From an uncultured Smithella sp. (GTDB taxonomy: Bacteria; Desulfobacterota; Syntrophia; Syntrophales; Smithellaceae), in contig CAZJMX010000006.1 in the NCBI GenBank assembly GCA_964547345.1, positions 41,187-105,186 on the forward strand: a DNA stretch of 64,000 nt, given 5' to 3'. The notes below the pieces were generated by a model. The model searched no databases. It was not told the origin of the DNA and worked only from the letters and a program-made list of their open reading frames with translations. Numbering within the stretch: position 1 is the stretch's first letter; every line of letters starts with the position of its first letter. The position numbers were made by a program, and so were the translations under genes. Below are positions 18,380 to 29,008 of this stretch, one piece after another.

Positions 18380-20281
18380 ATGTCTGATTCGTTTACGTAC
18401 CAAGAGGTGTACCAGCAATCGATTTCCCAGCCCGATGTTTTCTGGGGTAAGGCGGCCGAAGCCATTCGCTGGACGAAAAAATGGGAAAAAGTTCTTGATG
18501 ACAGCAACAAGCCTTTTTACCGGTGGTTTGCCGGCGGCGAACTCAATACCTGCTATAACGCTCTGGACTATCAGGTCGAATCAGGCAGAAAAGATCAAGC
18601 CGCCATCATTTATGACAGCCCCGTGACCGATACGGTTACAAAGATTACTTATGGCGAGCTTCTGGAGAAAGTCTCCGTTTTCGCAGGCGCACTTAGCTCA
18701 ATCGGCGTCAAAAAAGGCGATACGGTCATCATCTATATGCCGATGATCCCGGAAGCGATCGTCTCCATGCTGGCCTGCGCCCGCATCGGCGCGGTGCATT
18801 CCGTAGTCTTTGGCGGATTCGCGCCCAACGAACTGGCCATCCGCATTGACGACGCCAAACCCAAAGTGATGATTTCCGCATCCTGCGGCGTTGAAGGCAA
18901 GAAGGTCCTGCCCTACAAACCGCTACTCGACGATGCCATTAAAATCGCCTCGCACAAGCCGGAAAAATGTATCATCTATCAGCGCCCCCAGGTGAAGGCC
19001 GACCTGATCGCCTCACGCGATCTGGACTGGAACGAATTTGTTGCAGGCGCAAAGGCAGCCCCCTGCGTGCCGGTCGCCGCAACCGATCCTCTTTACATCC
19101 TTTATACCTCCGGAACCACCGGCAAACCTAAAGGCGTCATGCGGGACAACGGCGGCCACGCCGTCGCGCTGAAATGGTCGATGAAAAACGTCTACGACAT
19201 TAAACCGGGCGAAGTCTTCTGGGCAGCCTCCGACGTCGGCTGGGTCGTGGGACATTCCTATATTGTTTATGCGCCACTGCTTTACGGCTGCACGACGATT
19301 CTTTATGAAGGCAAGCCAGTCGGAACACCGGATCCCGGCGCGTTCTGGCGCGTCATCTCCCAACACGGCGTCTCCATTTTATTTACGGCACCGACGGCAT
19401 TTCGTGCGATAAAAAAAGAAGACCCCAACGGCGAGTATTTGAAAAAATACAATATCGCCTGCCTGAGATATTTGTTTCTCGCCGGTGAACGCCTGGACAC
19501 CGACACGTATCACTGGGCCAGCGACATGCTGAAAATTCCCGTCGTCGATCACTGGTGGCAGACGGAAACCGGATGGCCGATCGCCGCCAACTGCATGGGC
19601 ATTGAGCCTTTCCCGATCAAAGCCGGATCGCCCACCAAGCCGGTGCCGGGCTATAACGTTCAGATTCAGGACATGGACGGCAAAAGGTTGCCAAACGGCG
19701 AGGAAGGTTCCGTTGTGATTGAGTTACCTTTGCCTCCCGGTTGCCTGCCGACCCTGTGGCACGACGACAAACGCTATCTCGAGTATGTCACGGAACGACC
19801 CGGCTATTACGTCACGGGCGACGGCGGGCGCTTCGATGAAGACGGATATGTTTATATCATGGGACGCATCGACGACGTCATCAATGTAGCGGGACATCGG
19901 CTTTCCACAGGCTCGATGGAAGAAATCGTCTCCAAGCACAAGGATGTCGCCGAATGCGCCGTTCTGGGTGCGGACGATCAGCTCAAAGGCCAGGTGCCGC
20001 TGGGCTTTGTTGTTTTGAAGGCGGGCGTGGACCGCAAGTCCGAAGACATTGTGGCGGAACTGGTCCAGATGGTGCGCAAGGAACTGGGCGCGCTGGCATG
20101 CTTCAAGGAAGCGGCTGTCGTAAAGGCGCTGCCTAAAACGCGGTCGGGCAAAATCCTGCGGAGCACCATGCGCAAGATTGTGGACGGCAAGGATTATATT
20201 GTTCCGTCCACGATCGACGATCCGGCGGTTCTGACAGCGATTGCGGAATCCGCCAAGACGATCGGGTACGGGAAGAAGTAG
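18380..20281 (+). CDS. prpE: propionyl-CoA synthetase / acetate-CoA ligase family
   Basis: YILYTSGTTGKPKG, DHWWQTETG, GRIDDVINVAGHRL and LPKTRSGK motifs; AGGAGG RBS. Confidence 0.88.
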   Translation: MSDSFTYQEVYQQSISQPDVFWGKAAEAIRWTKKWEKVLDDSNKPFYRWFAGGELNTCYNALDYQVESGRKDQAAIIYDSPVTDTVTKITYGELLEKVSVFAGALSSIGVKKGDTVIIYMPMIPEAIVSMLACARIGAVHSVVFGGFAPNELAIRIDDAKPKVMISASCGVEGKKVLPYKPLLDDAIKIASHKPEKCIIYQRPQVKADLIASRDLDWNEFVAGAKAAPCVPVAATDPLYILYTSGTTGKPKGVMRDNGGHAVALKWSMKNVYDIKPGEVFWAASDVGWVVGHSYIVYAPLLYGCTTILYEGKPVGTPDPGAFWRVISQHGVSILFTAPTAFRAIKKEDPNGEYLKKYNIACLRYLFLAGERLDTDTYHWASDMLKIPVVDHWWQTETGWPIAANCMGIEPFPIKAGSPTKPVPGYNVQIQDMDGKRLPNGEEGSVVIELPLPPGCLPTLWHDDKRYLEYVTERPGYYVTGDGGRFDEDGYVYIMGRIDDVINVAGHRLSTGSMEEIVSKHKDVAECAVLGADDQLKGQVPLGFVVLKAGVDRKSEDIVAELVQMVRKELGALACFKEAAVVKALPKTRSGKILRSTMRKIVDGKDYIVPSTIDDPAVLTAIAESAKTIGYGKK

Positions 20282-20339
20282 AAACCCCTTGCAGGGGCGC
20301 GATGTCAGGGGCATGGTTTATGGCTTATTGGTAAGAAGA

Positions 20340-20377
20340 AAAGATCCGGCTGGATTTAAATCTCCAGCCGGATCTTT
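20340..20377 (+). terminator. intrinsic terminator / perfect hairpin
   Basis: aaagatccggctgga-8 nt-tccagccggatcttt, a 15-bp stem. Confidence 0.75.
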
Positions 20378-20533
20378 CATTATTTCATCCGCTACGCCAG
20401 GTGGCTCCATCTTACGGATATCTCTTTCACATCCTATGACAAGCAGCAGTGATGCCCCTCATCGCGCTGCCGACATTTTTGCGCTTTTCCGATGACAATT
20501 TAATCAAGTTTTCCGGCAAGCCAATTCTAGTAC

Positions 20534-20579
20534 TTGACAATTGTTGATCGTTTGGCTAATAAAACTGAGCAACTGCTCA
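20534..20579 (+). promoter_or_regulatory. candidate promoter and TetR operator of the efflux operon
   Basis: TTGACA at 20534 with a weak -10; palindrome TGAGCA-AC-TGCTCA at 20566-20579. Confidence 0.55.
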
Positions 20580-20654
20580 ATATAAAGTTTTGCGGTTTTA
20601 TGGCCGATGATAGCGCAGACAAGGCGTAGAGGGTACTTGGAACGGAAAAGAAGA

Positions 20655-21296
20655 ATGAACGAAAACCGGCAGAACATTATTTGCGCCACTGAAAGTCTTT
20701 TGCGGACGCACGGTCTGGCCCGCCTGACAACGCGTAATATCGCCCGCGAGGCGGGTGTGGCGGAGGGATTGATTTATCATCACTTCAAAGACAAGGCGGA
20801 ATTAATCCATGAAGTTGTTGAACAGCGAGTTCATGCTGTCAAGAACGTGCTGCAGCATCTGCCCTTGAAAGCGGGACTCGGCACGTTGTCCGGCAATTTA
20901 GACGAGGTTTTGCAGGCGGTATACGATACGCATTATGAGATTGTGCCGATTGTCTGCTCGATCTTCGCCGATCAGCAGTTGCGCGTCCGTATGCAGGAAA
21001 TCATGAAGGAACGTGATGTTGGCCCGCAACGCGCCATCGATGGATTGGCTTTGTATCTGGCGGCGGAGCAGCGGCTGGGGCGGATTGCCGAAAACGTTAT
21101 TCCCCGGGTCGCCGCCAAATGCTTGTGGATGATCAGTCTCCAGGCGGCCATGGATGACCAATTAATGGGGAAGGAAGTCGATGCGGTCCGGAGCCGTCGG
21201 GAAATCCGTCAGGTCGTGCAAACCATGATGGCAGGCCTTGCGCCGCGATGTCCGGCAAAACAGAAAACATCCATTAAAAAGAGTAAAAGGTCATGA
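20655..21296 (+). CDS. TetR/AcrR family transcriptional regulator
   Basis: HTH TTRNIAREAGVAEGLIYHHFKDK. Confidence 0.93.
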   Translation: MNENRQNIICATESLLRTHGLARLTTRNIAREAGVAEGLIYHHFKDKAELIHEVVEQRVHAVKNVLQHLPLKAGLGTLSGNLDEVLQAVYDTHYEIVPIVCSIFADQQLRVRMQEIMKERDVGPQRAIDGLALYLAAEQRLGRIAENVIPRVAAKCLWMISLQAAMDDQLMGKEVDAVRSRREIRQVVQTMMAGLAPRCPAKQKTSIKKSKRS

Positions 21297-22804
21297 GAGC
21301 ATTTATCACGCGCATACCCTTTATTATGATCGCCTTAGTTCCCTTGGTCGGCTGTACTGTCGGTCCGGATTTCAAAAAGTCGGATACGGCCGCGCCCGAT
21401 CGTTATACGGAAGCGCCTCTGCCTGCACAGACGGTTGCCACTGCCTCGAAGACCGGAGAAGCGCAAAAATTTGTCTTTACCGAAGATTTGCAGGGTCAGT
21501 GGTGGACATTGTTTGGTTCGCCCGAACTCGATGCGATGATTAAAAAGGGCATCGAACAAAACCCGTCGCTTGCCGCAGCTCAGGCCGCGCTCAGGAAATC
21601 CGAGCAGGACCTTCGCGCGGCGCAGGGATCGATCTTATTTCCGGCGGTCAACGCCAATCTTCAGGCGTCAAAGCAGCGGACCTCCGGTAATGCGGGCATG
21701 GGTGACAGCAACACCTATAATCTTTACAATGCGTCGGTCGCCGTTTCCTATACGCTGGATATTTTCGGCGGCGGACGGCGTCAGATGGAATCATATCGGG
21801 CCCAGGTCGATTATCAGCGCTTCATGGTGGAAGCAGCCTATCTGACCCTGACTGCAAACATTGTGACGACGGCGATTACGGAAGCCTCATTGCGGGGGCA
21901 GATCGAGGCAACCCGGGAGATCATCGCGTCGGAACAAAAACAACTGGATGTGCTGGGTAAGCGATTCGAACTGGGGGCGGTGTCCAAAGCGTCCGTCCTC
22001 TCTCAAGAGACGCAACTGGCCATGACCCGCGCGGGATTGCCGCCACTGGAAAAGCAGCTCGACTTGACCAGGCATGCGCTCGCGGTCTTGACCGGACAGT
22101 TTCCCGGCGGAGCAAAACCGTTCCAATTCAATCTGGATTCCCTGCAACTGCCGAAAGAAATACCCGTCAGTCTGCCGTCAAATCTGGCGCGTCAGCGTCC
22201 CGATATTCAGGCCTCCGAAGCGCTGCTGCATCAGGCCTGCGCGGCGGTCGGCGTCGCGACGGCGAATCTGTACCCGCAGATTACGCTCTCCGCCGGCTAT
22301 GGATATCAGGCGATCAGCACGGACATCCTGTTTAACGGACAGAGCCTGATCTGGAATATAGGGGCCGGCCTTTTGCAGCCTGTTTTCCGCGGAGGCGAAC
22401 TGATCGCCAAACGCAGAAGCGCTGTTGCCGCTTATGATCAAACGGCGGCCCAGTACCGGCAGACGGTATTGAAGGCCTTTCAGGATGTTGCGGATGTCCT
22501 CATCGCGCTTCAAACGGATGCCCGGACTCTACAGGCCCAGATGCAGGCCGAGGCGGCGGCCCAGGCCGCGCTGGGGCTGATTGAACAGCAATACGAACTG
22601 GGAGCGGTAAATTTTTCGACGCTGCTGATTGCAAAGCGGGATTATCAGAAAGCGCGGATCAATGTGATTGCCGCGCGCGCCCAGCGGTATTCGGATACCG
22701 CCGCGCTGTTTGCAGCTCTGGGCGGCGGCTGGTGGAACCGGGAACCGGCGTCCGATGAAAAATTGAAGAAACAGTCGTTGAATGAGGTGATGAAGAATGA
22801 CTAA
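21293..22804 (+). CDS. RND efflux outer-membrane lipoprotein (NodT/OprM family)
   Basis: LVGCTVGPDF lipobox; RQRPDIQASE and ALGGGWW motifs. Confidence 0.93.
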   Translation: MRAFITRIPFIMIALVPLVGCTVGPDFKKSDTAAPDRYTEAPLPAQTVATASKTGEAQKFVFTEDLQGQWWTLFGSPELDAMIKKGIEQNPSLAAAQAALRKSEQDLRAAQGSILFPAVNANLQASKQRTSGNAGMGDSNTYNLYNASVAVSYTLDIFGGGRRQMESYRAQVDYQRFMVEAAYLTLTANIVTTAITEASLRGQIEATREIIASEQKQLDVLGKRFELGAVSKASVLSQETQLAMTRAGLPPLEKQLDLTRHALAVLTGQFPGGAKPFQFNLDSLQLPKEIPVSLPSNLARQRPDIQASEALLHQACAAVGVATANLYPQITLSAGYGYQAISTDILFNGQSLIWNIGAGLLQPVFRGGELIAKRRSAVAAYDQTAAQYRQTVLKAFQDVADVLIALQTDARTLQAQMQAEAAAQAALGLIEQQYELGAVNFSTLLIAKRDYQKARINVIAARAQRYSDTAALFAALGGGWWNREPASDEKLKKQSLNEVMKND

Positions 22805-23927
22805 AAAAATGGTCATCATGCTGATTGTTGTCGGCGTTATTTTTGGCGGAATTTTCGGATATAAGGGATTCCAGTCCTACATGATGAAAAAATACATGTC
22901 GGCGGGCGGCGCGCCAACGGTTACGGTGTCGGCCATTCCCGCCATTATGGATGAATGGCAGCCGCAAATTTCGGCGGTGGGCTCGCTGCGCGCTGTGCGC
23001 GGCGTCGAGGTGGCCAGTGAAGTGGCCGGTCTGGTGCAAAGCATCAATTTTAAATCGGGGGAAGAGGTCAGAGCCGGGCAATTGCTTACGCAGCTCAATG
23101 CCGATACGGACATCGCTCAATTGCAAACGCTTGCGGCAGCCCGCGATCTGTCGCAAAGTGTTTATGAACGAAACAAAAAGCAATTGCTGGCCCAGGCTGT
23201 TAGCCAGGCGTCACTGGACGCCGATGCCGCTGATCTGAAAGTCAAGCAGGCGCAAGTGGCCCAGCAGGAAGCCCAGGTGGTTAAAAAGGCGATTCGTGCG
23301 CCCTTTGCCGGTCGTCTGGGCATCAGTTCGGTCAATCCCGGCCAATATCTGAATCCGGGGGATAAGGTTGTCACGCTCCAGGCGCTCGATTCAATTTACA
23401 TTGATTTCTATTTGCCGCAGCAGGAACTGGCCCGTATTGCCGCAGGGCAGGTGGTGATCGCTGTGACCGATACTTACCCGAATAAAAAATTCAACGGCAG
23501 GATTTCCGCCATCAGCCCGAAGGTTGACCCGCAAACGCGCAATGTCCAGATTGAAGCCGTTGTGGCCAATCCCCGGCATGAGCTCCTTCCGGGCATGTAT
23601 GCGACCGTCAAGGTGCAGGCGGGTAAAACCCAACGTTACCTGACGATTCCCCGGTCCGCCGTCACCTTCAATCCTTACGGGGAGACGGTTTACATTGTGG
23701 AGGAAAAAGGCAAGGGGCAAGACGGCAAGCCATCGCTGTCTGTCAAACAAACATTTATTACGGTCGGACCGGCGCGTGGCGACCAGGTGGCCGTCCTCAA
23801 AGGTGTTAAAGAAGGTGAACGCGTGGTGACAAGCGGTCAACTCAAACTCAAGAGCGGCTCCCCCGTGGTGATCGACAATGCGGTGCAGCCGACCAATGAC
23901 CCCCATCCTGCCCCCAAAGATCCGTGA
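22797..23927 (+). CDS. RND efflux periplasmic adaptor (MFP)
   Basis: N-terminal anchor; IRAPFAGRLGI and LLPGMYA motifs. Confidence 0.93.
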   Translation: MTKKMVIMLIVVGVIFGGIFGYKGFQSYMMKKYMSAGGAPTVTVSAIPAIMDEWQPQISAVGSLRAVRGVEVASEVAGLVQSINFKSGEEVRAGQLLTQLNADTDIAQLQTLAAARDLSQSVYERNKKQLLAQAVSQASLDADAADLKVKQAQVAQQEAQVVKKAIRAPFAGRLGISSVNPGQYLNPGDKVVTLQALDSIYIDFYLPQQELARIAAGQVVIAVTDTYPNKKFNGRISAISPKVDPQTRNVQIEAVVANPRHELLPGMYATVKVQAGKTQRYLTIPRSAVTFNPYGETVYIVEEKGKGQDGKPSLSVKQTFITVGPARGDQVAVLKGVKEGERVVTSGQLKLKSGSPVVIDNAVQPTNDPHPAPKDP

Positions 23928-23943
23928 CGGAGAAACCGTACCT

Positions 23944-26900
23944 ATGAAATTTACCGATATCTTCATCAAACGTCCGGTGCTGGCCATTGTCCTGAGTCTG
24001 CTGATTCTGGTGCTGGGGCTTCGTTCCATTAATTTGCTGCCGGTCCGCGAGTACCCGAAAACCCAGAACAGCGTCATCACCGTCACCACGGTCTATACCG
24101 GGGCCGATCCGGAACTGGTTTCCGGCTTCATCACCACGCCGCTCGAGAACTCCATCGCCCAGGCCAACGGCATCGATTATCTTACGTCATCGAGCACGCA
24201 AAGCATGAGCACGATCACCGCGAATATGCGCCTCAATTATGACGCAAACGTGGCGATTTCCGAGATCAGCACCAAGGTCAACGCTGTGCTCAATCAGTTG
24301 CCCAAAGCCGCGCAGCAGCCAGTCATCACGATTTCCACCGGCGAAGATATCGGCTCCATGATCATCGGTTTTTACAGTAATGATCTGCCCATGAACAACA
24401 TTACGGACTATCTGATCCGGGTCGTGCAGCCCAAGCTTCAGGCAGTGGAAGGCGTTCAAACCGCCGAGATTATGGGCAAGCAGGAATTTGCCCTCCGGGC
24501 CTGGCTGGATCCGGATAAAATGGCCGCTAACGGTGTATCGGGTACGGATGTGACCAATGCGCTCGTCGCCAACAATTTCATATCCGCGCTGGGCCGGACC
24601 AAGGGACAAATGGTGACGGTGGATCTGACGGCGGCAACGGGCCTGCACACGCTGGATGAATTTCGCGATCTGGTCATCAAATCCGCAAACGGCGCGATTG
24701 TCCGCCTGGGGGATGTCGCCAACGTCACGCTCGGTGCGGACAGTTACGATATGACCGTCCGCTTCGACGGCAAAGCCGCCGTGTTCATGAGTATCAAGGT
24801 CGCCCCCAACGCCAACCTGATTACGGTATGCGACAAAGTTCGCGAGGCATTTCCGGCCATCGGGCGGCAGTTGCCCCAGGGGCTGGAAGGTAAAATAGTT
24901 TATGACGCAACCGATTACGTGGACAGCTCCATCAAGGAAGTGGTCATTACACTGATCGAAGCGCTGCTCATTGTTACGCTGGTGATCTTTTTGTCACTGG
25001 GGTCCGTCCGTTCGGTCATCATCCCCACGGTCGCCATTCCCCTGTCACTTGTCGGCGTATTTGTCATCATGCTGGCTCTGGGGTATACCATCAATCTGAT
25101 GACACTGCTGGCGCTGGTGCTGGCCATCGGTCTGGTTGTGGACGACGCCATCATTGTCGTGGAAAATGTGCATCGTCATATGGAAGGCGGCGTCTCACTC
25201 ATGCAGGCGGCCATGATGGGCGCGCGCGAACTCGGAGGACCGATCATCGCCATGACGGTGGTTCTGATCGCCGTGTATCTGCCGATCGGATTTATGGGCG
25301 GCCTCACCGGCGCGCTCTTTACCGAGTTTGCCTACACACTGGCCGGCGCCGTATTCGTGTCGGCCGTCATTGCCCTCACCCTTTCGCCGATGATGTGCTC
25401 GCGCCTTCTGAAAGCCCCCGTCCCGGGTGAACACCACCGTTTTACGGAATTTATTGATCGTCAGTTTAACCGGCTGCGCAACGGCTACGCCGGGCTTTTA
25501 CGGGGCGCACTTAATGCCCTTCCCGTGGTCCTGGTATTTGCCGCCCTTATCCTGGCCAGCAATTATTTCCTGTTTGCCAGTTCTAAAAACGAGTTGGCGC
25601 CACAGGATGATCAGGGTTTTATGATGGGCATGCTCACGGCCGCCCCAGACGCCACGCTTCAGCAGACGCAACTCTATTCTCTGCAGATGGCCGATCTCCT
25701 GAAAGACATTCCGGAAATCGACCATATTTTTCAAGTCGAAGGGTTCACCGGTCTTAATTCAGGATTTACCGGTCTCGTCCTCAAACCGTGGGATGACCGC
25801 ACCCGGACAACCAAGGAGTTGCAGCCGGAAATGCAAAACCGGATGGGTAAGATTGCTGGCGCCAACGCGATGATCTTTCAGCCGCCGCCTTTACCGGGGA
25901 CCGGGAACGGTCTGCCTGTGCAGTTTATCATTGGTACGACGGATTCCTTTGCCAGGCTCGACGATGTGTCGAAGGTCTTTATGCAGGAGGCGCAGAAAAG
26001 CGGCTTGTTCATGTATGTGGATACCGATCTGAAAATTGACAAACCGCAGACGACGATGGACGTGGACCGGGACAAGGTGGCGCAGATGGGACTCACTATG
26101 CAGGATGTCGGCGCATCGATGGCTTACATGCTGGGTGGCGGGTACGTTAATTATTTCAGCATGTCGGGCCGTTCCTATAAAGTCATCCCGCAGGTTAAAC
26201 AAAGTGAAAGACTGACGCCCGACCAGTTGATGAACTATCAGATCAAGACCGCCTCGGGCGAATCCATTGCCATGTCCACCTTTGCCACGCTCAAGACCCA
26301 GGCGGTGCCCGTCTCCATCAACCATTTCCAGCAGCTTAACTCTTCCACCATTTCCGGCATTCTCACCCCTGGCATTACCATGGGGCAGGCGCTTACGGAA
26401 CTCCAGACCATTGCCGGCCGTGTGTTGCCCGAAGGCTACAGCATCGACTACGGCGGAGAATCGCGGCAGTACATCAAGGAATCCAGCGCGCTCCTGGTGA
26501 CCTTCGCCTTCGCGATGATCATCATTTTCCTGTGTCTTGCTGCTCTGTTTGAAAGTTTTCGTGATCCGATCATTGTGCTGGTGAGCGTGCCGATGTCCAT
26601 TTGCGGGGCGCTGATCTTCATCAGCCTCGGCATCGGCGACGTGAGCCTCAATATCTATACCGAGGTCGGCCTGGTCACGCTCATCGGGTTGATCAGCAAG
26701 CATGGCATCCTGATCGTCCAGTTTGCCAACGACCTGCAGCGCGAAGGAAAAAGCAAGCGAGAAGCCATTGAGCAGGCGGCCACCACCCGTCTGCGGCCGA
26801 TTCTGATGACCACAGCCGCTATGGTGCTGGGTGTTATGCCGCTGGTGTTTGCCTCCGGCGCAGGCGCGGCGGGCCGTTACAACATGGGACTGGTCATCAC

Positions 26901-27009
26901 CACCGGCATCTCAATCGGCACGCTGTTCACGCTGTTTGTCGTTCCGGCCATGTATCTGCTGATGGCCCACGATCACACGAAGAATGCGCCCACGGAAACG
27001 GTGTCATAA
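23944..27009 (+). CDS. RND efflux permease (AcrB family, MexI/MexW-like)
   Basis: MKFTDIFIKRPV start; GLVVDDAIIVVEN and RLRPILMTT motifs. Confidence 0.95.
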   Translation: MKFTDIFIKRPVLAIVLSLLILVLGLRSINLLPVREYPKTQNSVITVTTVYTGADPELVSGFITTPLENSIAQANGIDYLTSSSTQSMSTITANMRLNYDANVAISEISTKVNAVLNQLPKAAQQPVITISTGEDIGSMIIGFYSNDLPMNNITDYLIRVVQPKLQAVEGVQTAEIMGKQEFALRAWLDPDKMAANGVSGTDVTNALVANNFISALGRTKGQMVTVDLTAATGLHTLDEFRDLVIKSANGAIVRLGDVANVTLGADSYDMTVRFDGKAAVFMSIKVAPNANLITVCDKVREAFPAIGRQLPQGLEGKIVYDATDYVDSSIKEVVITLIEALLIVTLVIFLSLGSVRSVIIPTVAIPLSLVGVFVIMLALGYTINLMTLLALVLAIGLVVDDAIIVVENVHRHMEGGVSLMQAAMMGARELGGPIIAMTVVLIAVYLPIGFMGGLTGALFTEFAYTLAGAVFVSAVIALTLSPMMCSRLLKAPVPGEHHRFTEFIDRQFNRLRNGYAGLLRGALNALPVVLVFAALILASNYFLFASSKNELAPQDDQGFMMGMLTAAPDATLQQTQLYSLQMADLLKDIPEIDHIFQVEGFTGLNSGFTGLVLKPWDDRTRTTKELQPEMQNRMGKIAGANAMIFQPPPLPGTGNGLPVQFIIGTTDSFARLDDVSKVFMQEAQKSGLFMYVDTDLKIDKPQTTMDVDRDKVAQMGLTMQDVGASMAYMLGGGYVNYFSMSGRSYKVIPQVKQSERLTPDQLMNYQIKTASGESIAMSTFATLKTQAVPVSINHFQQLNSSTISGILTPGITMGQALTELQTIAGRVLPEGYSIDYGGESRQYIKESSALLVTFAFAMIIIFLCLAALFESFRDPIIVLVSVPMSICGALIFISLGIGDVSLNIYTEVGLVTLIGLISKHGILIVQFANDLQREGKSKREAIEQAATTRLRPILMTTAAMVLGVMPLVFASGAGAAGRYNMGLVITTGISIGTLFTLFVVPAMYLLMAHDHTKNAPTETVS

Positions 27010-27053
27010 GATCTTCGGCATAAATTTCACAAACGGGATAAACGGCTTCGGTC

Positions 27054-27686
27054 TCACCTGATGAGCTTGGCCAGACGATCCCAGCGGACGCTCGTCTCTT
27101 CTGAATTCCACGACCAGTAAAGAATAAAAGCTTTCCCCTGAACATCCTTCAAATCGACAAATCCCCAGAAGCGGCTGTCCAGGCTGGAATCGCGATTATC
27201 GCCCATGACAAAAAGAGACCCCTGCGGAACCGTGACCGGGCCGAAATTATCACGCGGCTGGGCCTGGGCCGTAAAGATCAGAGGATCGTTGTAAACGCCG
27301 ACGGCATCCGTATACGGCTGGTCGTTGAGAAAGATTTGTTTGTTTTTGATTTCAATCTTGTCGCCGCCTGTTCCGATGACGCGTTTGATATAATCCTTCG
27401 ACCGGTCGCGAGGATAGATAAAAACGATAACATCGCCTCGCTTCGGATCGGTGATTGGAATAATTGTTTTTCTGAAATACGGAATTTTAACGCCGTAAAT
27501 GAATTTGTTGACGAAAAGATGATCGCCAATCAACAGCGTCGGAATCATGGAGCCGGATGGGATTTTAAACGCCTGGATCACGAAAGTAATGATCAGGGCG
27601 GCGATGACGGCCGCCGACAGGATCGCTTCAATGAATTCTCTGATTTTCGACTTTGTTTTTTTTGCGGATGTTTTATCCTTGTTCAT
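27054..27686 (-). CDS. lepB: signal peptidase I
   Basis: IPSGSMIPTL (catalytic Ser), YIKRVIG (catalytic Lys) and GDNRDSSLDSRFWG motifs. Confidence 0.95.
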   Translation of the reverse strand: MNKDKTSAKKTKSKIREFIEAILSAAVIAALIITFVIQAFKIPSGSMIPTLLIGDHLFVNKFIYGVKIPYFRKTIIPITDPKRGDVIVFIYPRDRSKDYIKRVIGTGGDKIEIKNKQIFLNDQPYTDAVGVYNDPLIFTAQAQPRDNFGPVTVPQGSLFVMGDNRDSSLDSRFWGFVDLKDVQGKAFILYWSWNSEETSVRWDRLAKLIR

Positions 27687-27715
27687 AGCTCAAACCTCTT
27701 TTATCAAAAATATTT

Positions 27716-28429
27716 TTAAATGATCCATCGGGCGATATCGTTGGATGCTGTGTAAACGGTCAGCCCGAAAATGATGATCCATCCGGCGATCGACAAGACG
27801 CCGGACGTTTTCCTCACCGGAGGAACGATTTTTTCGATCAGGTAGAACATCACTTTGCCGCCGTCAAAAACCGGCAGGGGCAATAAATTGATGACGGCCA
27901 GATTCAAACTGAGGAGGCCTGCAAAATTAAAGGCATGAAGGGCATGACTTTCGATCAGTGCGCCACCCTGAGAGACGATGCCGATGAGGCCTGTCATTTC
28001 ACCGCCGGATGTGAAAAGCGACGGAATCGACGCGACGATGAGACCTATTAATGAAAGAGATTTTTCAGTGGCTTTCATCAGCGCGGATAAAAACGACATA
28101 TCCTGCACCAGCATCCGGTAGGCGCACAGGGCGACAATGGCAAAAACGATATTCGCCGCCACACCGGCCAAAGTAAAAATGACCCGTCGCCATAACGGTA
28201 TGGCGAATAATTCATCTTCCGTTGTGATTGCCGGTTCAATGTATCCCCCCAGAGGGATTAGCGACAGGCGGTAATCGACGCCTCCCCAACTGAAGCCGGC
28301 AAGCCTTGGACCGAAACCGATGGAAAAAGTTTTCACCGGGATAGACACCATCCTTGCGGCAATCAGGTGCCCGAATTCGTGAACAAATATAATGATGCTG
28401 ATGACGAGCATGGCATACACATAAATCAT
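27716..28429 (-). CDS. site-2 (M50) intramembrane zinc metalloprotease, RseP-like but lacking PDZ domains
   Basis: HEFGH, FSIGFG, IPLGGY and NLLPLPVFDGG motifs; GGAGG RBS before ATG 28429. Confidence 0.88.
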   Translation of the reverse strand: MIYVYAMLVISIIIFVHEFGHLIAARMVSIPVKTFSIGFGPRLAGFSWGGVDYRLSLIPLGGYIEPAITTEDELFAIPLWRRVIFTLAGVAANIVFAIVALCAYRMLVQDMSFLSALMKATEKSLSLIGLIVASIPSLFTSGGEMTGLIGIVSQGGALIESHALHAFNFAGLLSLNLAVINLLPLPVFDGGKVMFYLIEKIVPPVRKTSGVLSIAGWIIIFGLTVYTASNDIARWII

Positions 28430-28495
28430 AACAAGACCTCCAAACATTTTTCCGTTTATCTGCAAAAACGCTTCTTTATGAAGACTTTATCAACA

Positions 28496-28780
28496 TCACA
28501 TTTTCCGGCGGTAATAGAAAACACCGAACATGTACGTATAAATGGATGTCAGGGCAAAAACGAGAATCGGATACATCGCATTGATGGATGGATGATAAAG
28601 ATAAATCGCAACGATCACCATCAGCCCATAGAGCGCTACCTGCTGCTGAAGGTTGGCAGCTTTAAGCTCAATGAGCTTCTCGCGCTCATCAACAACCGTC
28701 CGCCGGTCAATGAAATAAAAAACAATATAGATCACCGTGGTAATAATCACGATGATGCGCATGATCAAAATTTCATCCAT
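28496..28780 (-). CDS. small 3-TM membrane protein (DUF2178-like)
   Basis: Hydrophobic segments around a VDERE motif; AGGAG RBS; follows the XRE gene. Confidence 0.6.
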   Translation of the reverse strand: MDEILIMRIIVIITTVIYIVFYFIDRRTVVDEREKLIELKAANLQQQVALYGLMVIVAIYLYHPSINAMYPILVFALTSIYTYMFGVFYYRRKM

Positions 28781-28798
28781 ATAAACTCCTTGCATATA

Positions 28799-29002
28799 TT
28801 ACTCCTCAGACAGAAAAAAAATATCCTCGACCCGCACGCGAAGGAGCTTTGCAATGCGGAGCGCCAACTCCACCGAGGGAATGAATTTACTATTCTCGAT
28901 GGAGTTTACCGTCTGGCGCGAGCAACCCACTTTTTGGGCCACCTCCGCCTGCGTCAAATTTCCACAGGTCACACGGGCAATTTTCAATTTATTATCAACC
29001 AT
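28799..29002 (-). CDS. XRE family HTH transcriptional regulator
   Basis: LTQAEVAQKVGCSRQTVNSIEN..PSVELALRIA..VEDIF. Confidence 0.92.
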   Translation of the reverse strand: MVDNKLKIARVTCGNLTQAEVAQKVGCSRQTVNSIENSKFIPSVELALRIAKLLRVRVEDIFFLSEE

Positions 29003-29008
29003 GGATCA

